From positions 1,097 to 65,096 of the forward strand of contig CAYXHC010000001.1 in NCBI GenBank assembly GCA_964464905.1: a DNA stretch of 64,000 bases. The letters run 5' to 3'. The translations under genes were made by a program, and so were the position numbers. This stretch comes from an uncultured Lachnospiraceae bacterium (GTDB lineage Bacteria; Bacillota; Clostridia; Oscillospirales; CAG-272). The notes beneath the pieces were generated by a model, which made no database searches, was not told where the DNA came from, and saw nothing but the letters and a program-made list of their open reading frames with translations. This document shows, piece by piece, positions 32,637-42,411 of the stretch (position 1 is its first letter; every line of letters starts with the position of its first letter).

Positions 32637-33797
32637 TTATTTTTTATAGTTTCCGAGGGTTATATCTCCGTTTGTGAAGTTTTCAACGGAGGCGGATTTT
32701 TCGTAGAAGTGAGGGGCGTTTGCAAGAAGTCCTTCGAAGCGGTAGAATTCATCGTCCTTTTCGATGGGGAGCATCACCGTCCGCTTCAGGGAGCCGGACT
32801 TGTATATGGCGGTGATAAGTTCAACGGTGCGTCTGCCATCCACGCCCGTGATCATGGGGCGGGTGCCCTTTTCAAGTGCCGTCATAAAGTTGTCGATCTC
32901 GCCTGTGTGACCTTCGTAGGGCAGGTGCGGTATCGCGTCGTAATCGGCGCGAAGCTGTGCCTCCAGCTCATCGTCGCGGCGGGGGAATCCGTTTGAAAGG
33001 GACGCGGACGCGTATACGTCCCAGGGGGTCTCAAGCTTGGCGCGCTCGCACTGGAAAACGAGTCCCTGCTCCTCGCCGTGATGAACGACGGAGGCGGTGA
33101 TATCTGCCATAAAGCCGTCACGGTAGCGAAGGACGGAGAAGGAAAGGTCCTCTATCTCGGCGTTGTCGTGAGCTACGTTTGAGAGAACGGAGGTGACCTC
33201 AAGGGGAAGCTCTCCGCGGAACCAATTTATCATATCGATATGGTGAACGGCGTGATTGAGAGTGCATCCGCCGCCTTCCTTTTCCCAAAGGCCGCGCCAC
33301 CAGAGATCGTAGTAGCAATGGCCGCGCCACCAAAGAGAATTAACGTGAGCCATAAGGGGCTTGCCCGCCTTGCCGCTGTCGATCACGGTCTTCAGCTTGC
33401 TTATGGGATCGCGGAAGCGGTTTTGTGCGATGCAGCACATGGTGACGGAGTTTTCCGCTTCGGCTGCAAGCATCAGGTCGCATTCTTCAAGGCAGGTAGC
33501 CATAGGCTTTTCGACTACGACGTTTTTCTTCGCCTTCATAGAATTGATGGCGATCTCGGCGTGAGTGTAGGGCGGCGTGCAAACGTGCACCACGTCTATT
33601 TTTACGTCGGAAGCGAGCATTTTTTCGTGATCGTCGAAAACGAGACAATCAAGCCCGAAGCGTTCCTTCATTGCGTAAGCTTTTTCGGGATATATGTCGC
33701 AAAGAGCGACGATCTTGCATCTTTCGGGAAACGTGAGAAGCGCACCGATATGAGCAGGCGCTATATTACCCGTACCTACAACGGCAACGTTAAGCAT
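32637..33797 (-). CDS. Gfo/Idh/MocA-family NAD(P)-dependent oxidoreductase
   Basis: ORF track gives 32637..33815. I placed the start at ATG 33797 (MLNVAVVGTGNIAPAH) with AAGGAGG 6 nt upstream. It has a GxGxxA Rossmann motif and a ...VVEKPMA... active-site region. Confidence 0.8.
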   Translation of the reverse strand: MLNVAVVGTGNIAPAHIGALLTFPERCKIVALCDIYPEKAYAMKERFGLDCLVFDDHEKMLASDVKIDVVHVCTPPYTHAEIAINSMKAKKNVVVEKPMATCLEECDLMLAAEAENSVTMCCIAQNRFRDPISKLKTVIDSGKAGKPLMAHVNSLWWRGHCYYDLWWRGLWEKEGGGCTLNHAVHHIDMINWFRGELPLEVTSVLSNVAHDNAEIEDLSFSVLRYRDGFMADITASVVHHGEEQGLVFQCERAKLETPWDVYASASLSNGFPRRDDELEAQLRADYDAIPHLPYEGHTGEIDNFMTALEKGTRPMITGVDGRRTVELITAIYKSGSLKRTVMLPIEKDDEFYRFEGLLANAPHFYEKSASVENFTNGDITLGNYKK

Positions 33798-33880
33798 GTG
33801 AAGCCTCCTTGGCACTTTTTATAAGTCAATTATATATCAACGGTATCGGAACAGTAAAGACGGTTATACGATTTTTTAAT

Positions 33881-33912
33881 AAAAATATCCCGTCCGCTTT
33901 CGAGGACGGGAT
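33881..33912 (-). terminator. Rho-independent terminator after SBP paralog 4
   Basis: Stem ATCCCGTCC (33887-33895) / GGACGGGAT (33904-33912). On the minus strand it is followed by ATTTTTATTAAAAAA. Confidence 0.75.
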
Positions 33913-33924
33913 ACAAAGCGTCGG

Positions 33925-35427
33925 TTATTCAACGGCGGTCAGGTTCGTGTAGAGCTTTTCAAGAGCCTTGTTGATCTGCTTTTCGTATGCCTTGAGAGCC
34001 GTGGTGAAGGATGAGGGGCCATTTGTGAGAACATTCTGGTATGCGGTGCGGAGGTTACTTGCCCAGGAAAGGTCGCCTGCCCAGTCGTATACCTTGGAGT
34101 CAAGAATATACGTGAGCATCTCCTTTGATTCCTCGTCTCTGATATATTTGGACTCAAGGAGCTGATCGTAAAGCGCGGGCGTTACGAGGTCCTTTGATGC
34201 GGCGGACATACATTCAAGAATGGCGCCGATCTCGGAAGCCTCGGTGTAATCAAAATAACGGGGGATAGCGATAACGGTAGTCCAGCCGTTTGAAACGTAT
34301 GCGCGGTATTTCTCCATAGAAGCGTCACCCTTGGGCATGGGGAGGATGCCGAAGTCGGTCTCCATATCACGGAAGCTGGGGATAGCACCGAGCATTTCGC
34401 CGTAGAAGAGACATTTATCCTGCATAAAGTGGGATGCGGTCACAGAGGTGGACACAACGGTGGTGTCGCTGAACATGGTGTAGATCTTATCGAGGACGGC
34501 GGTGTTGGTGTCGTTGGGCATAACTACCTTAGGAACGCCGTGCTCGTTGTTCTCGCTCATTTTCAGATCGTAGCAGAAGATGTAGTGAGGAACTGCGTCG
34601 TAGTTGTCGGCGATGCCGCAAACGTCAACGCCGGGGTCGAGGGTGTCGTTGCCGTTTTCATCGTATGCAGCCTTCTTTGCCATCTCATACATAAGATCGA
34701 TGGTCCATCCACCGTCTCTTACCTTCTGATAGGGATTATCGTAGCCGATGTTTTCGCAGATGTCCTTGTTGAAGAACATGACCTGAACGGCGTAGTCGTC
34801 GAAATAGTTCAGGTCGCCGGAGAGGGTGTAGAGAGTGTCACCGTCAATGGTGAAGGTGTTGATGATCTCTTTATCCCACCAGCCGTTTTCAAGATTCATG
34901 GTGTCGATATCGTAGAAGTTAAGGAGCATTCCGTTGGTGGCGAAGTTGATCGCGTAGTCAAGACGGGTGAGAATAACGTCGTAGTATTCCTTGTCGCCTG
35001 CGGAATCGTTCAGGGTGACGATCGTGTTGATGTCACCCGTGTCTCCAACGAATATCGGTTCGATCTCAACGCCAATGGCATCGGCGAGCCTGAGATTACG
35101 GTTATATACCGCGTTGGGGAGAGCCTCGGACGAGGGCTCATCATAGAAGATCTCGTTTTCGGTGGCAGAGCTCCAGTTGTAGAAGTGCTTGCCTGGGCTG
35201 GGGGAGAGGATCTTGAGCGTTTCCTTCTCAAAATCTACGCCTGAGCAGTTTTCAAGAGCGATCTCAAGATTCGTCTTTCCGGCGTTAAGGCCCATCGTTT
35301 CGGTTCCCGTTCCGGAATCAACCGGTCCCTTAGTTCCATCGTCGTTGTCGTCGCCGGAAGTGCCGCAGGCGATCATCGAAAGCAAAAGAATTAAAACGAG
35401 TAGAAGCGCGATGAGTTTGTTTTTCAT
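33925..35427 (-). CDS. Extracellular solute-binding lipoprotein, LplA/LipO-like (SBP paralog 4, more divergent)
   Basis: The signal and lipobox are MKNKLIALLLVLILLLSMIAC. It shares family blocks with paralogs 1-3: FGILPMPKGD, YDQLLESKYIRDEESKEMLTYIL and WW-type motifs. It is monocistronic, with no adjacent permease. Confidence 0.8.
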   Translation of the reverse strand: MKNKLIALLLVLILLLSMIACGTSGDDNDDGTKGPVDSGTGTETMGLNAGKTNLEIALENCSGVDFEKETLKILSPSPGKHFYNWSSATENEIFYDEPSSEALPNAVYNRNLRLADAIGVEIEPIFVGDTGDINTIVTLNDSAGDKEYYDVILTRLDYAINFATNGMLLNFYDIDTMNLENGWWDKEIINTFTIDGDTLYTLSGDLNYFDDYAVQVMFFNKDICENIGYDNPYQKVRDGGWTIDLMYEMAKKAAYDENGNDTLDPGVDVCGIADNYDAVPHYIFCYDLKMSENNEHGVPKVVMPNDTNTAVLDKIYTMFSDTTVVSTSVTASHFMQDKCLFYGEMLGAIPSFRDMETDFGILPMPKGDASMEKYRAYVSNGWTTVIAIPRYFDYTEASEIGAILECMSAASKDLVTPALYDQLLESKYIRDEESKEMLTYILDSKVYDWAGDLSWASNLRTAYQNVLTNGPSSFTTALKAYEKQINKALEKLYTNLTAVE

Positions 35428-35511
35428 GATGTTTCTCCTTATAAAAATATTTATTGGGTAAATATTGATTCTCTGATTTCACTGGTGTACAATGTTATCG
35501 AGGTGATGTAA

Positions 35512-36366
35512 ATGCCAAGAAGAAGCAGCGGCGTTGAGCTTGTGAAAACGCCCACGAAAAACGACAGATCCAATGCCTACGTTACCGTTGAAAATGCCGG
35601 CTTCGGTAATTTTTACAATAGTAATATCCATTACCACAGCTTTTGCGAGCTTGAGTTTATTATCGATGGCAAGGGCCTATACGAGATAAATAACGTTTCG
35701 CACAAGGCTTGCCGCGGCACGCTCTTTCTCACGACGCCTGCTGACTATCACACCTATTCCTTGAAGGAAGACGAGTATCTTGATTTTTATAACGCTCAGT
35801 TCTTTCTCTCGTACATAAACGATGAGGTGGCGTCGCTTCTGTATTCTTATTCGGTGCCTATTGCGATCCAATATACCGATGAGGACTGCGACGATATGAT
35901 ACGGAAATTCGAGGAGCTGCGCCTTGCCTTTGAAAAGAAGGGAGCGATGTATGAGATCGAGGTGAGAAACCGTCTTGAAAATCTTTGCATTTCCATTATC
36001 CGTGACATGGAAAAGATAAGCCTTCCTGCGGTGGATCACCCTATGATCAAATCTGCCATCATATACGTTAAGGAGCATTATCGCGAGGATATAAGCCTTG
36101 ATGAGATGGCGAAGCATGTGGGACTTTCAAGCGCGTATTTTTCACACAAATTCACCGAGGTGGTAGGCATGGGATTCTCCGCTTATCTTCGCCAGATGAG
36201 GCTTTCGGCAGCGGCAAATCTTATGAAATCAACGGAGCTTTCAGTGAAGGAGATCTGCTATCAAACGGGATTTTCCGATCCTAATTATTTTTCAAATGCT
36301 TTTCGCGCTCAGTTTGGCTCGTCCCCCCGTAAGTATCGCGAGGAATATAAGCCAAAACACGGATGA
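35512..36366 (+). CDS. AraC/XylS-family transcriptional regulator (cupin sensor plus two HTH motifs)
   Basis: The C-terminal region, ISLDEMAKHVGLSSAYFSHKFTEVVGMGFSAYLRQMRL...ICYQTGFSDPNYFSNAFRAQFGSSPRKYR, is a canonical AraC HTH domain. The gene is divergent from SBP paralog 4. Confidence 0.9.
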   Translation: MPRRSSGVELVKTPTKNDRSNAYVTVENAGFGNFYNSNIHYHSFCELEFIIDGKGLYEINNVSHKACRGTLFLTTPADYHTYSLKEDEYLDFYNAQFFLSYINDEVASLLYSYSVPIAIQYTDEDCDDMIRKFEELRLAFEKKGAMYEIEVRNRLENLCISIIRDMEKISLPAVDHPMIKSAIIYVKEHYREDISLDEMAKHVGLSSAYFSHKFTEVVGMGFSAYLRQMRLSAAANLMKSTELSVKEICYQTGFSDPNYFSNAFRAQFGSSPRKYREEYKPKHG

Positions 36367-36475
36367 CATTATCCTACACTTATTATAACCTTGGGGGGAA
36401 AGTGCTTTCAACAGCCATAGGTTTTCATATATTTTGAATACCTTTGTTATTTTTAGATTGTACGTTTGTGCCTAT

Positions 36476-36510
36476 AAAAAATCACGCGGGGGTGACACCG
36501 CGTGATTTTT
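36476..36510. terminator. Bidirectional terminator between araC-like and GH29 genes
   Basis: Stem ATCACGCGG (36481-36489) / CCGCGTGAT (36498-36506). An A-run lies on the left and a T-run on the right. Confidence 0.8.
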
Positions 36511-36511
36511 T

Positions 36512-37993
36512 TTATTCTGTTTCGATCTTGAAAACGACGGGAGCATTGCTCTTGACATTTGCCGTTTTGATGCGGAGAGCATCTCCGTCGCGGCTCCAGA
36601 CGGGGCGTTCATCAAACCCCAAAACGGTCACGTTTTTGATGATGCCGTGGAAGTGAGGCTTGGAGGATGCGTCGCGGTCCGCAAGGGACTTGAGCGCCAC
36701 TCCGCCCGATTCGGGATAATTCAGCACGAAGGCGTAGATGGAGTTGCCGCGGCAGGTGTAGCGGATATCCTCGGAGGTGAAGTTTTTGTTTCTTCCGTCA
36801 GTGAACTGACCTTCTGGGATCTCGGTGGGGCCTTCGGCGGAAACGCGCCATGGAAGGGAGCCATATACTGCCTCACCGTTTGCCTTCAGCCAACGGCCGA
36901 TGGTGAGAAGTATGTTCTTATCCTCGTCTGTGATCGTTCCGTCTGCACGGGGACCTACGTTAAGGAGAAGTCCGCCGTTTTTGCTGATGATGTCAACGAA
37001 ATCACGGATGATGGAGATGGGATCCTTGAAATGATTGTTTTCGGTGTAGCACCAGGAGTTGTGAGCGCAGGCTGTGTCGGTCTGCCAGTAATAGGGCTTG
37101 CAGTCTGCAAACTGACCGCGTTCGATATCAACGGTTGCAGTGCCAAACGCGAAGGCGTCGTGCTTATAGTTGATAACGGGCTTATATCCCATTTCCTCGG
37201 CGCGGTTATAGTAGTAGGCGGCGAATTTCTGCAGATAGGGCCTTGCGGCGCTGTGCTGTATCCACCAGTCAAAGTACACGAGCTTTGGGGCGTAGCGATC
37301 GACGATCTCGCAGCACCGGAGGAGCCAGTCTTCAAGATATTCTTGGCTTGGTGTGGGCTCGGAGAAAAGATCCTGATGGTGTGGTTCGGGCATGGCGGGC
37401 CAATAAAAGTCACCGCATTTGAGTGGTTCTTTTATATCAGAATCGAATTCCTTGCCGTGCCCCATAAAGAACCAATGCTCGATTCTGTGGGTGGAGGCGC
37501 AGATGTTGAGTCCTCTTTCTTCAACGGCAGTTTTCAGCTCGCCGAGAACGTCGCGACAGGGACCTTTTTCCGCAGCATTCCATTCGGAAAGATCGCTCTT
37601 GTACATCTGGAAGCCGTCGTGGTGCTCTGCCACGGGAACGACGTATTTTGCGCCTGCATCGGCAAATAACTGTGCCCACTCGTCTGCGTTGTATTTCTCT
37701 GCCTTGAACATGGGGATGAAGTCCTTGTAGCCGAAATCCTTCTGCGGGCCGTAGGTCTTCACGTGATGCTCGAATTCACGTGTGCCCTGTATGTACATGC
37801 TTCTCGAATACCATTCGGAACCGAATGCGGGTACGCTGTATACGCCCCAATGAATGAAGATGCCGAACTTCGCATCTCTGTACCACTTGGGCGTTTCGTA
37901 TTGAGCGAGGGATTCCCAATTATCCTTGAAGCGACCGTTTTTTATGGTGTTTTCGATCTTTTCAAGATACGCTTTGCGATCCATTATGTTCAT
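36512..37993 (-). CDS. Alpha-L-fucosidase, glycoside hydrolase family 29
   Basis: It carries FGIFIHWGVYSVPAFGSEWY, followed by ...AKYVVPVAEHHDGFQMY.... This is the typical GH29 catalytic domain. A C-terminal beta-sandwich follows. No signal peptide is present. Confidence 0.85.
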   Translation of the reverse strand: MNIMDRKAYLEKIENTIKNGRFKDNWESLAQYETPKWYRDAKFGIFIHWGVYSVPAFGSEWYSRSMYIQGTREFEHHVKTYGPQKDFGYKDFIPMFKAEKYNADEWAQLFADAGAKYVVPVAEHHDGFQMYKSDLSEWNAAEKGPCRDVLGELKTAVEERGLNICASTHRIEHWFFMGHGKEFDSDIKEPLKCGDFYWPAMPEPHHQDLFSEPTPSQEYLEDWLLRCCEIVDRYAPKLVYFDWWIQHSAARPYLQKFAAYYYNRAEEMGYKPVINYKHDAFAFGTATVDIERGQFADCKPYYWQTDTACAHNSWCYTENNHFKDPISIIRDFVDIISKNGGLLLNVGPRADGTITDEDKNILLTIGRWLKANGEAVYGSLPWRVSAEGPTEIPEGQFTDGRNKNFTSEDIRYTCRGNSIYAFVLNYPESGGVALKSLADRDASSKPHFHGIIKNVTVLGFDERPVWSRDGDALRIKTANVKSNAPVVFKIETE

Positions 37994-38214
37994 AAAAACT
38001 TTCCTTTCCGAATAAAAGTGGGCGGCTCTGCCCCGTGTAAGTTTATTATATCATTATCGGTGCTTCTGTGCTCTAATATTTATATCGATTTTTTTAGAAT
38101 ATCACAGTTATTTTTTATTGACGCGGCGCCACTTGGAAAAACGGCTGAAAATACGTCGCGAACACGTTAGGTGCGTCACACCTTATTCTTATGCGGAATC
38201 CCTCTTGTAAAAGC

Positions 38215-38243
38215 AACGTTTTTGTGATACAATTTACAGTAGA
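38215..38243 (+). promoter_or_regulatory. SigA-type promoter for rimM-trmD
   Basis: TTGTAA (38215-38220), 17 nt spacer, TACAAT (38238-38243), with TGTGA immediately upstream of the -10. Confidence 0.6.
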
Positions 38244-38276
38244 TAAGTATATGTTCAAAAGGAAATCATACGCTTG

Positions 38277-38786
38277 ATGAAAAAGTCTTTATACCTCCCC
38301 TGCGGAGAAATAATAAATACACACGGTGTGCGCGGTGTCGTCAAGGCGAGATCCGACTGCGACAGCCCCGAAATACTTGCCTCCCTCCCTACGGTCTATG
38401 GGGATCCCGAGGGAAAGCGCGCCTTTGATATCAAGGCGGCATCCCTTCAGAAGGGCTTCGTTCTGCTCACTCTTGAAGGCGTTGACACCGTTGAAGCCGC
38501 TATCGCGCTGAAGGGCACACCTCTTTATGCGGCACGTGAGGAGCTCCAAAAATTCCTTATGGAGGGTGACAGATTTATCGCCGACCTGCTCGGTCTGCCC
38601 ATAATACACGCTGATTCCAAGGAAAATATCGGCACCCTCAAAAACGTTATTAACTGCGGCGCTTCCGATATATACGTTATCGACACTGCCGACGGCGAGC
38701 GTATGATGCCCGCTGTGCCTGAGTTCGTTATCGAAATGACGGAGGACGCCATATACGTTCGTCCCATCCCGGGAATGTTTGACTGA
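38277..38786 (+). CDS. rimM: Ribosome maturation factor RimM
   Basis: GEIINTHGVRGVVKA (RimM N-terminal beta-barrel) plus a PRC-barrel C-terminus. The gene sits immediately upstream of trmD. The start is ATG 38277; TTG 38274 is also possible. Confidence 0.85.
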   Translation: MKKSLYLPCGEIINTHGVRGVVKARSDCDSPEILASLPTVYGDPEGKRAFDIKAASLQKGFVLLTLEGVDTVEAAIALKGTPLYAAREELQKFLMEGDRFIADLLGLPIIHADSKENIGTLKNVINCGASDIYVIDTADGERMMPAVPEFVIEMTEDAIYVRPIPGMFD

Positions 38787-38787
38787 T

Positions 38788-39480
38788 ATGAGATTTGATA
38801 TAATGACCCTGTTCCCCGAAATGGTCCGTTCGGTGCTTGACGCCAGCATAACGGGCAGAGCGCAGACGGCGGGACACATTGAGGTGAACACGTATAATAT
38901 AAGGGATTACACGGCCGACAAGCATCGCCGCGTTGACGATACTCCCTACGGCGGCGGCAAGGGAATGCTTATGATGCCCCAGCCGGTCTGTGACTGCCAC
39001 GAGGCAGTGCTAAGTACCTTGCCTGAAGGCGCGAAGGTGCGTACTCTTTATATGTCGCCAAAGGGTACGGTGTTTACGCAGGAAAAGGCACGCGAGCTTC
39101 TCGGATACGATGCCGTAGTGATCCTGTGCGGTCACTACGAAGGCATCGATCAGCGCGCGCTTGACCTTGTCGTTGACGAGTACGTTTCCGTAGGCGACTA
39201 CGTTCTCACGGGAGGTGAAATACCTGCCTGCATCGTTGTGGATGCCGTTTCAAGGCTTGTGGACGGTGTGCTTGCGGCACCCGAATGCTATGAATCGGAA
39301 AGCCTTGAAAACGGACTTTTGGAATATCCTCAGTATACACGTCCGCCCGTTTACAAGGGCGTCGCCGTGCCGGAGGTCCTTCTTTCGGGTCATCACGGCA
39401 ACATTGATAAATGGCGAAGGGAGAGAGCTTTTGCCGAAACGGAGAAGCGTCGCCCCGATCTGCTTATCAACAACAAATGA
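38788..39480 (+). CDS. trmD: tRNA (guanine37-N1)-methyltransferase
   Basis: MRFDIMTLFPEM..., then ...DDTPYGGGKGMLM... and GHYEGIDQR are the canonical TrmD motifs. ATG 38788 lies 1 nt after the rimM stop. Confidence 0.95.
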   Translation: MRFDIMTLFPEMVRSVLDASITGRAQTAGHIEVNTYNIRDYTADKHRRVDDTPYGGGKGMLMMPQPVCDCHEAVLSTLPEGAKVRTLYMSPKGTVFTQEKARELLGYDAVVILCGHYEGIDQRALDLVVDEYVSVGDYVLTGGEIPACIVVDAVSRLVDGVLAAPECYESESLENGLLEYPQYTRPPVYKGVAVPEVLLSGHHGNIDKWRRERAFAETEKRRPDLLINNK

Positions 39481-39507
39481 TCATATTTTGCGTAAGGAGG
39501 TGGGATA

Positions 39508-41409
39508 ATGAACGGATCTTTGAAAGGGAGCGCATCGAAACATGATGCGGTGCAAAAAACGGGAATCTTTGAATATATTTTCACTTCCTACGAGGCACTT
39601 TCGCGCAATTGGGAAAAGAGCGGCGTGGCTGCCATCTTTTCGCGCGTGCAATATTCTAAAGCTGTTGCTTTCGTAAGACGTACCGTTTCACGTTCCGCCG
39701 AACGCAGCGTTCTTCTTCGTCTTCTTAACAGATTCGTAAGCGCTTTGCCGGGAGTGACCCTTAAAGCGTACGGCACCTTTCTTTTCTCTCTGGGATTTTA
39801 TTCAGTGCTCGCTTTTGTTATCAAGGCGGTATCATCTACCCTTGTTGCAGATATAGACGCGCTTATCACGGCGGTAGTTATCATGCTCGTTGCCTTCCCG
39901 CTTCTGCTGTCTAAAAAGACACTTGCAGAAGGCGTGCTGGAAAGTTGGGTGGGGTCGTTTATCGCATTTGACGTTTTAGGATTCAGACGAGAGGCAGCTG
40001 CGTTGAAGCGCGCCGTTTATCGCAAAAGCGAAGCGGCGATGCTTTCGGGAATGATATTAGGGTTATTATCCTTTTACGTTGATATAAGGCATATCGTAGC
40101 AGCGGTGGTTTGTATCATTTCGGGATACCTTCTGATGACGAGAACGGAGGGCGGAGTTATCGTGCTTTTCGTGCTTGCCCCATTTATGTCATACGATGCT
40201 ATGACGGTGTATATAGCGTTTCTGGCGCTGGGATACATATTTAAGCTCGTAACGGGACGCAGAACCTTCAAACTTGATGTCGTCGATACCGTTATGCTCA
40301 TTTATGCATTTGTCGTTATTTTCGGTGGGATCGTTCATTATGGGAACGGATCGGGTATCGGTGACGCCGTCTCTGTTCATTACATCCTCGTTTATTTCGT
40401 TATAACCAACGTTATCAAGAACGACGATTGGCGGGAAAAGTGCCGTCGTTCTGTCACCGTGGGCGGTGGTTTTCTAGCGTTCGTATTCCTGATCTCTCGC
40501 TTGTTTGATATGGAAGTGATGCTTTCATGCGATTTTGCATCTTCTGCACTTCAGCGCATGGCGGATCGCGCCATCACGCTTTTTGCAGAGTCTGCCGATA
40601 TGACTCCTTTTCTCGTTATGCTTTTGCCTATGATGATCACACGTGCCGTCGTCAGAAAAGAAGGCGGTGTGTCTGTATCGGCGGTCTTCGCCGTGGTTAT
40701 CACCGTTGCAGCCGTCGTATACACCGAGTCGCGGAGCCTGTGGCTTGGTGCTTTGGCGGGCATTATCATTATTTTGGCGACACGAAACATTAATTTTCTT
40801 TGGCTTCCTATGGCTGCGGCGGTCGCGGCGCCCTTCGTTTTATACGTGGCGCCTCCCACACTTGAACGTTTTATTATGCGCATACTCGATCTTTCGGGAG
40901 CCGATACGGTCGCGCGTGTCCGTGTGAGAGCCAATTCGGCGCGTATATTCCTTGATAATGTGATTGGCGGTATAGGCGCATCCGACGACGTATTTTCGTC
41001 TCTTTACGCATCCTACGACCGATTCGGCGAGCTTGCCTCCAACAGTCAGTGTCTCCCTCTCGGCATTGCGGTGCGCTATGGAGTCACGGGTGTTCTTATA
41101 TTTATGCTTTGGATCATTCTTCTTATCATAAAAGCCGTTACTGCATCAAAAAACAGCGGATCTCGTGAAAGCTCGGCGGTAGCAGCGTCGTCCGTTATCG
41201 GAATGATTGCGCTTTTGATAAGTTCCTTTACGATGGATGTATTATCTGATCAAAGGCTCTTCATCTTGTTTTTTATGTTTGCTGCATTTGTTTCGGCGTA
41301 TACGTCACCGAAGCCGAGGGAGAGTTGCACGAGCGACGACCGCGTGAGTGGCGGTAACATCGCTTTGAGCGACGCAAAAACGGCTGCCGTTGACGTTGAT
41401 TACAGATAA
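39508..41409 (+). CDS. O-antigen ligase/polymerase-family (Wzy_C-like) polytopic membrane protein
   Basis: 633 aa with at least 12 hydrophobic segments. The loop ...VYTESRSLWLGALAGIIII... resembles the Wzy_C/O-antigen ligase signature. AAGGAGG lies 7 nt upstream of the ATG. The family call is by eye. Confidence 0.6.
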   Translation: MNGSLKGSASKHDAVQKTGIFEYIFTSYEALSRNWEKSGVAAIFSRVQYSKAVAFVRRTVSRSAERSVLLRLLNRFVSALPGVTLKAYGTFLFSLGFYSVLAFVIKAVSSTLVADIDALITAVVIMLVAFPLLLSKKTLAEGVLESWVGSFIAFDVLGFRREAAALKRAVYRKSEAAMLSGMILGLLSFYVDIRHIVAAVVCIISGYLLMTRTEGGVIVLFVLAPFMSYDAMTVYIAFLALGYIFKLVTGRRTFKLDVVDTVMLIYAFVVIFGGIVHYGNGSGIGDAVSVHYILVYFVITNVIKNDDWREKCRRSVTVGGGFLAFVFLISRLFDMEVMLSCDFASSALQRMADRAITLFAESADMTPFLVMLLPMMITRAVVRKEGGVSVSAVFAVVITVAAVVYTESRSLWLGALAGIIIILATRNINFLWLPMAAAVAAPFVLYVAPPTLERFIMRILDLSGADTVARVRVRANSARIFLDNVIGGIGASDDVFSSLYASYDRFGELASNSQCLPLGIAVRYGVTGVLIFMLWIILLIIKAVTASKNSGSRESSAVAASSVIGMIALLISSFTMDVLSDQRLFILFFMFAAFVSAYTSPKPRESCTSDDRVSGGNIALSDAKTAAVDVDYR

Positions 41410-41428
41410 TTTGCCGGCGGAGGTATAT

Positions 41429-41890
41429 ATGAATAACGGAATCAAAGAGAGCGGTTCCGGAAAAAAGCGTATCGGAATCACGCTTTTCGACGTGCTGCTT
41501 GCGATCATAATAATTGCCGTTGGCGTACTTGTTTACGAGTTTGTGCTGACGGATTCCACGCTTGACGACACCTATTCCGTCAGCTATGTTATCAGAGCTG
41601 CCGAGGTGAGAGACGAGCTCACCGACCGTGTGACCGTGGGAGACGAGGTCTTCGCCACGGACGGTACGTTTATGGGAAATGTCAAAGCTTACGAGGTTAC
41701 CGCGTCACGCTCTGCTCTCACGGGACAGCTCATACCGGGACGATACGATCTATATATAACGATCTCGGCAGAATCATCGTCTCCCGATGAAGTTATCGTA
41801 TCGGGATACGAGGTGCTTGTTGAAAGTAAGTATTCCCTGCGGACGGATAATTTTTCATTCAGCGGCGTTTGCATCAGCGTGGGCAAATAA
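41429..41890 (+). CDS. Small N-terminally anchored protein (DUF4330-like), paralog 1
   Basis: ORF track gives 41390..41890. I placed the start at ATG 41429 with GGAGGT 6 nt upstream. A single TM helix (ITLFDVLLAIIIIAVGVLVY) is followed by a beta-rich domain of about 110 aa. The DUF4330 label is tentative. Confidence 0.55.
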   Translation: MNNGIKESGSGKKRIGITLFDVLLAIIIIAVGVLVYEFVLTDSTLDDTYSVSYVIRAAEVRDELTDRVTVGDEVFATDGTFMGNVKAYEVTASRSALTGQLIPGRYDLYITISAESSSPDEVIVSGYEVLVESKYSLRTDNFSFSGVCISVGK

Positions 41891-41916
41891 ACGCCCGATC
41901 TATGTAGGAGGACGAT

Positions 41917-42411
41917 ATGCAAAACAGAAAGATAACCTTCGGTGTGCTTGATCTGTTTTTACTCGTACTGATACTCGTTATGGTAACGGGTGTAGCGGCG
42001 AGATATATTCTCACTGAAAAAAACGGCATCCTTGCGGTGACCCCCGAATTTACGGGTGCAGCGGTGTCTGTTCTTATCACTGATATCGAAGGAACGTCGT
42101 CGGTGCATTTTGTTGAGGGGGAAAGCTTCACCCTGAACGACACAGCGACGGGTGCTGTGTTATCTGACTTTACCGTAACGCCTGCCCAGTATTACACGGA
42201 GAATGAGGACGGAGAGCTTGTGATCGCTTATCACGACGAGGAAAGCGGCAGGATAGATTGCCGCGGAGCCTTCTCCGTTTCGGGTTATTATTCCGAGGGG
42301 GTATACCTTCTTAACGGAGTGCTGCCGATAACGGCGGGTATGGAGATCGATCTCTTTAATGGAGAGATAAAGGTCACAGCGTTGGTTATTGACGTTTCAC
42401 CGCTGTCCTGA
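41917..42411 (+). CDS. Small N-terminally anchored protein (DUF4330-like), paralog 2
   Basis: AGGAGG lies 5 nt upstream of the start. It has the same architecture as paralog 1: KITFGVLDLFLLVLILVMVTGV, then a beta-rich domain. The endings ...VTALVIDVS here and ...FSGVCISVG in paralog 1 are similar. Confidence 0.55.
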   Translation: MQNRKITFGVLDLFLLVLILVMVTGVAARYILTEKNGILAVTPEFTGAAVSVLITDIEGTSSVHFVEGESFTLNDTATGAVLSDFTVTPAQYYTENEDGELVIAYHDEESGRIDCRGAFSVSGYYSEGVYLLNGVLPITAGMEIDLFNGEIKVTALVIDVSPLS

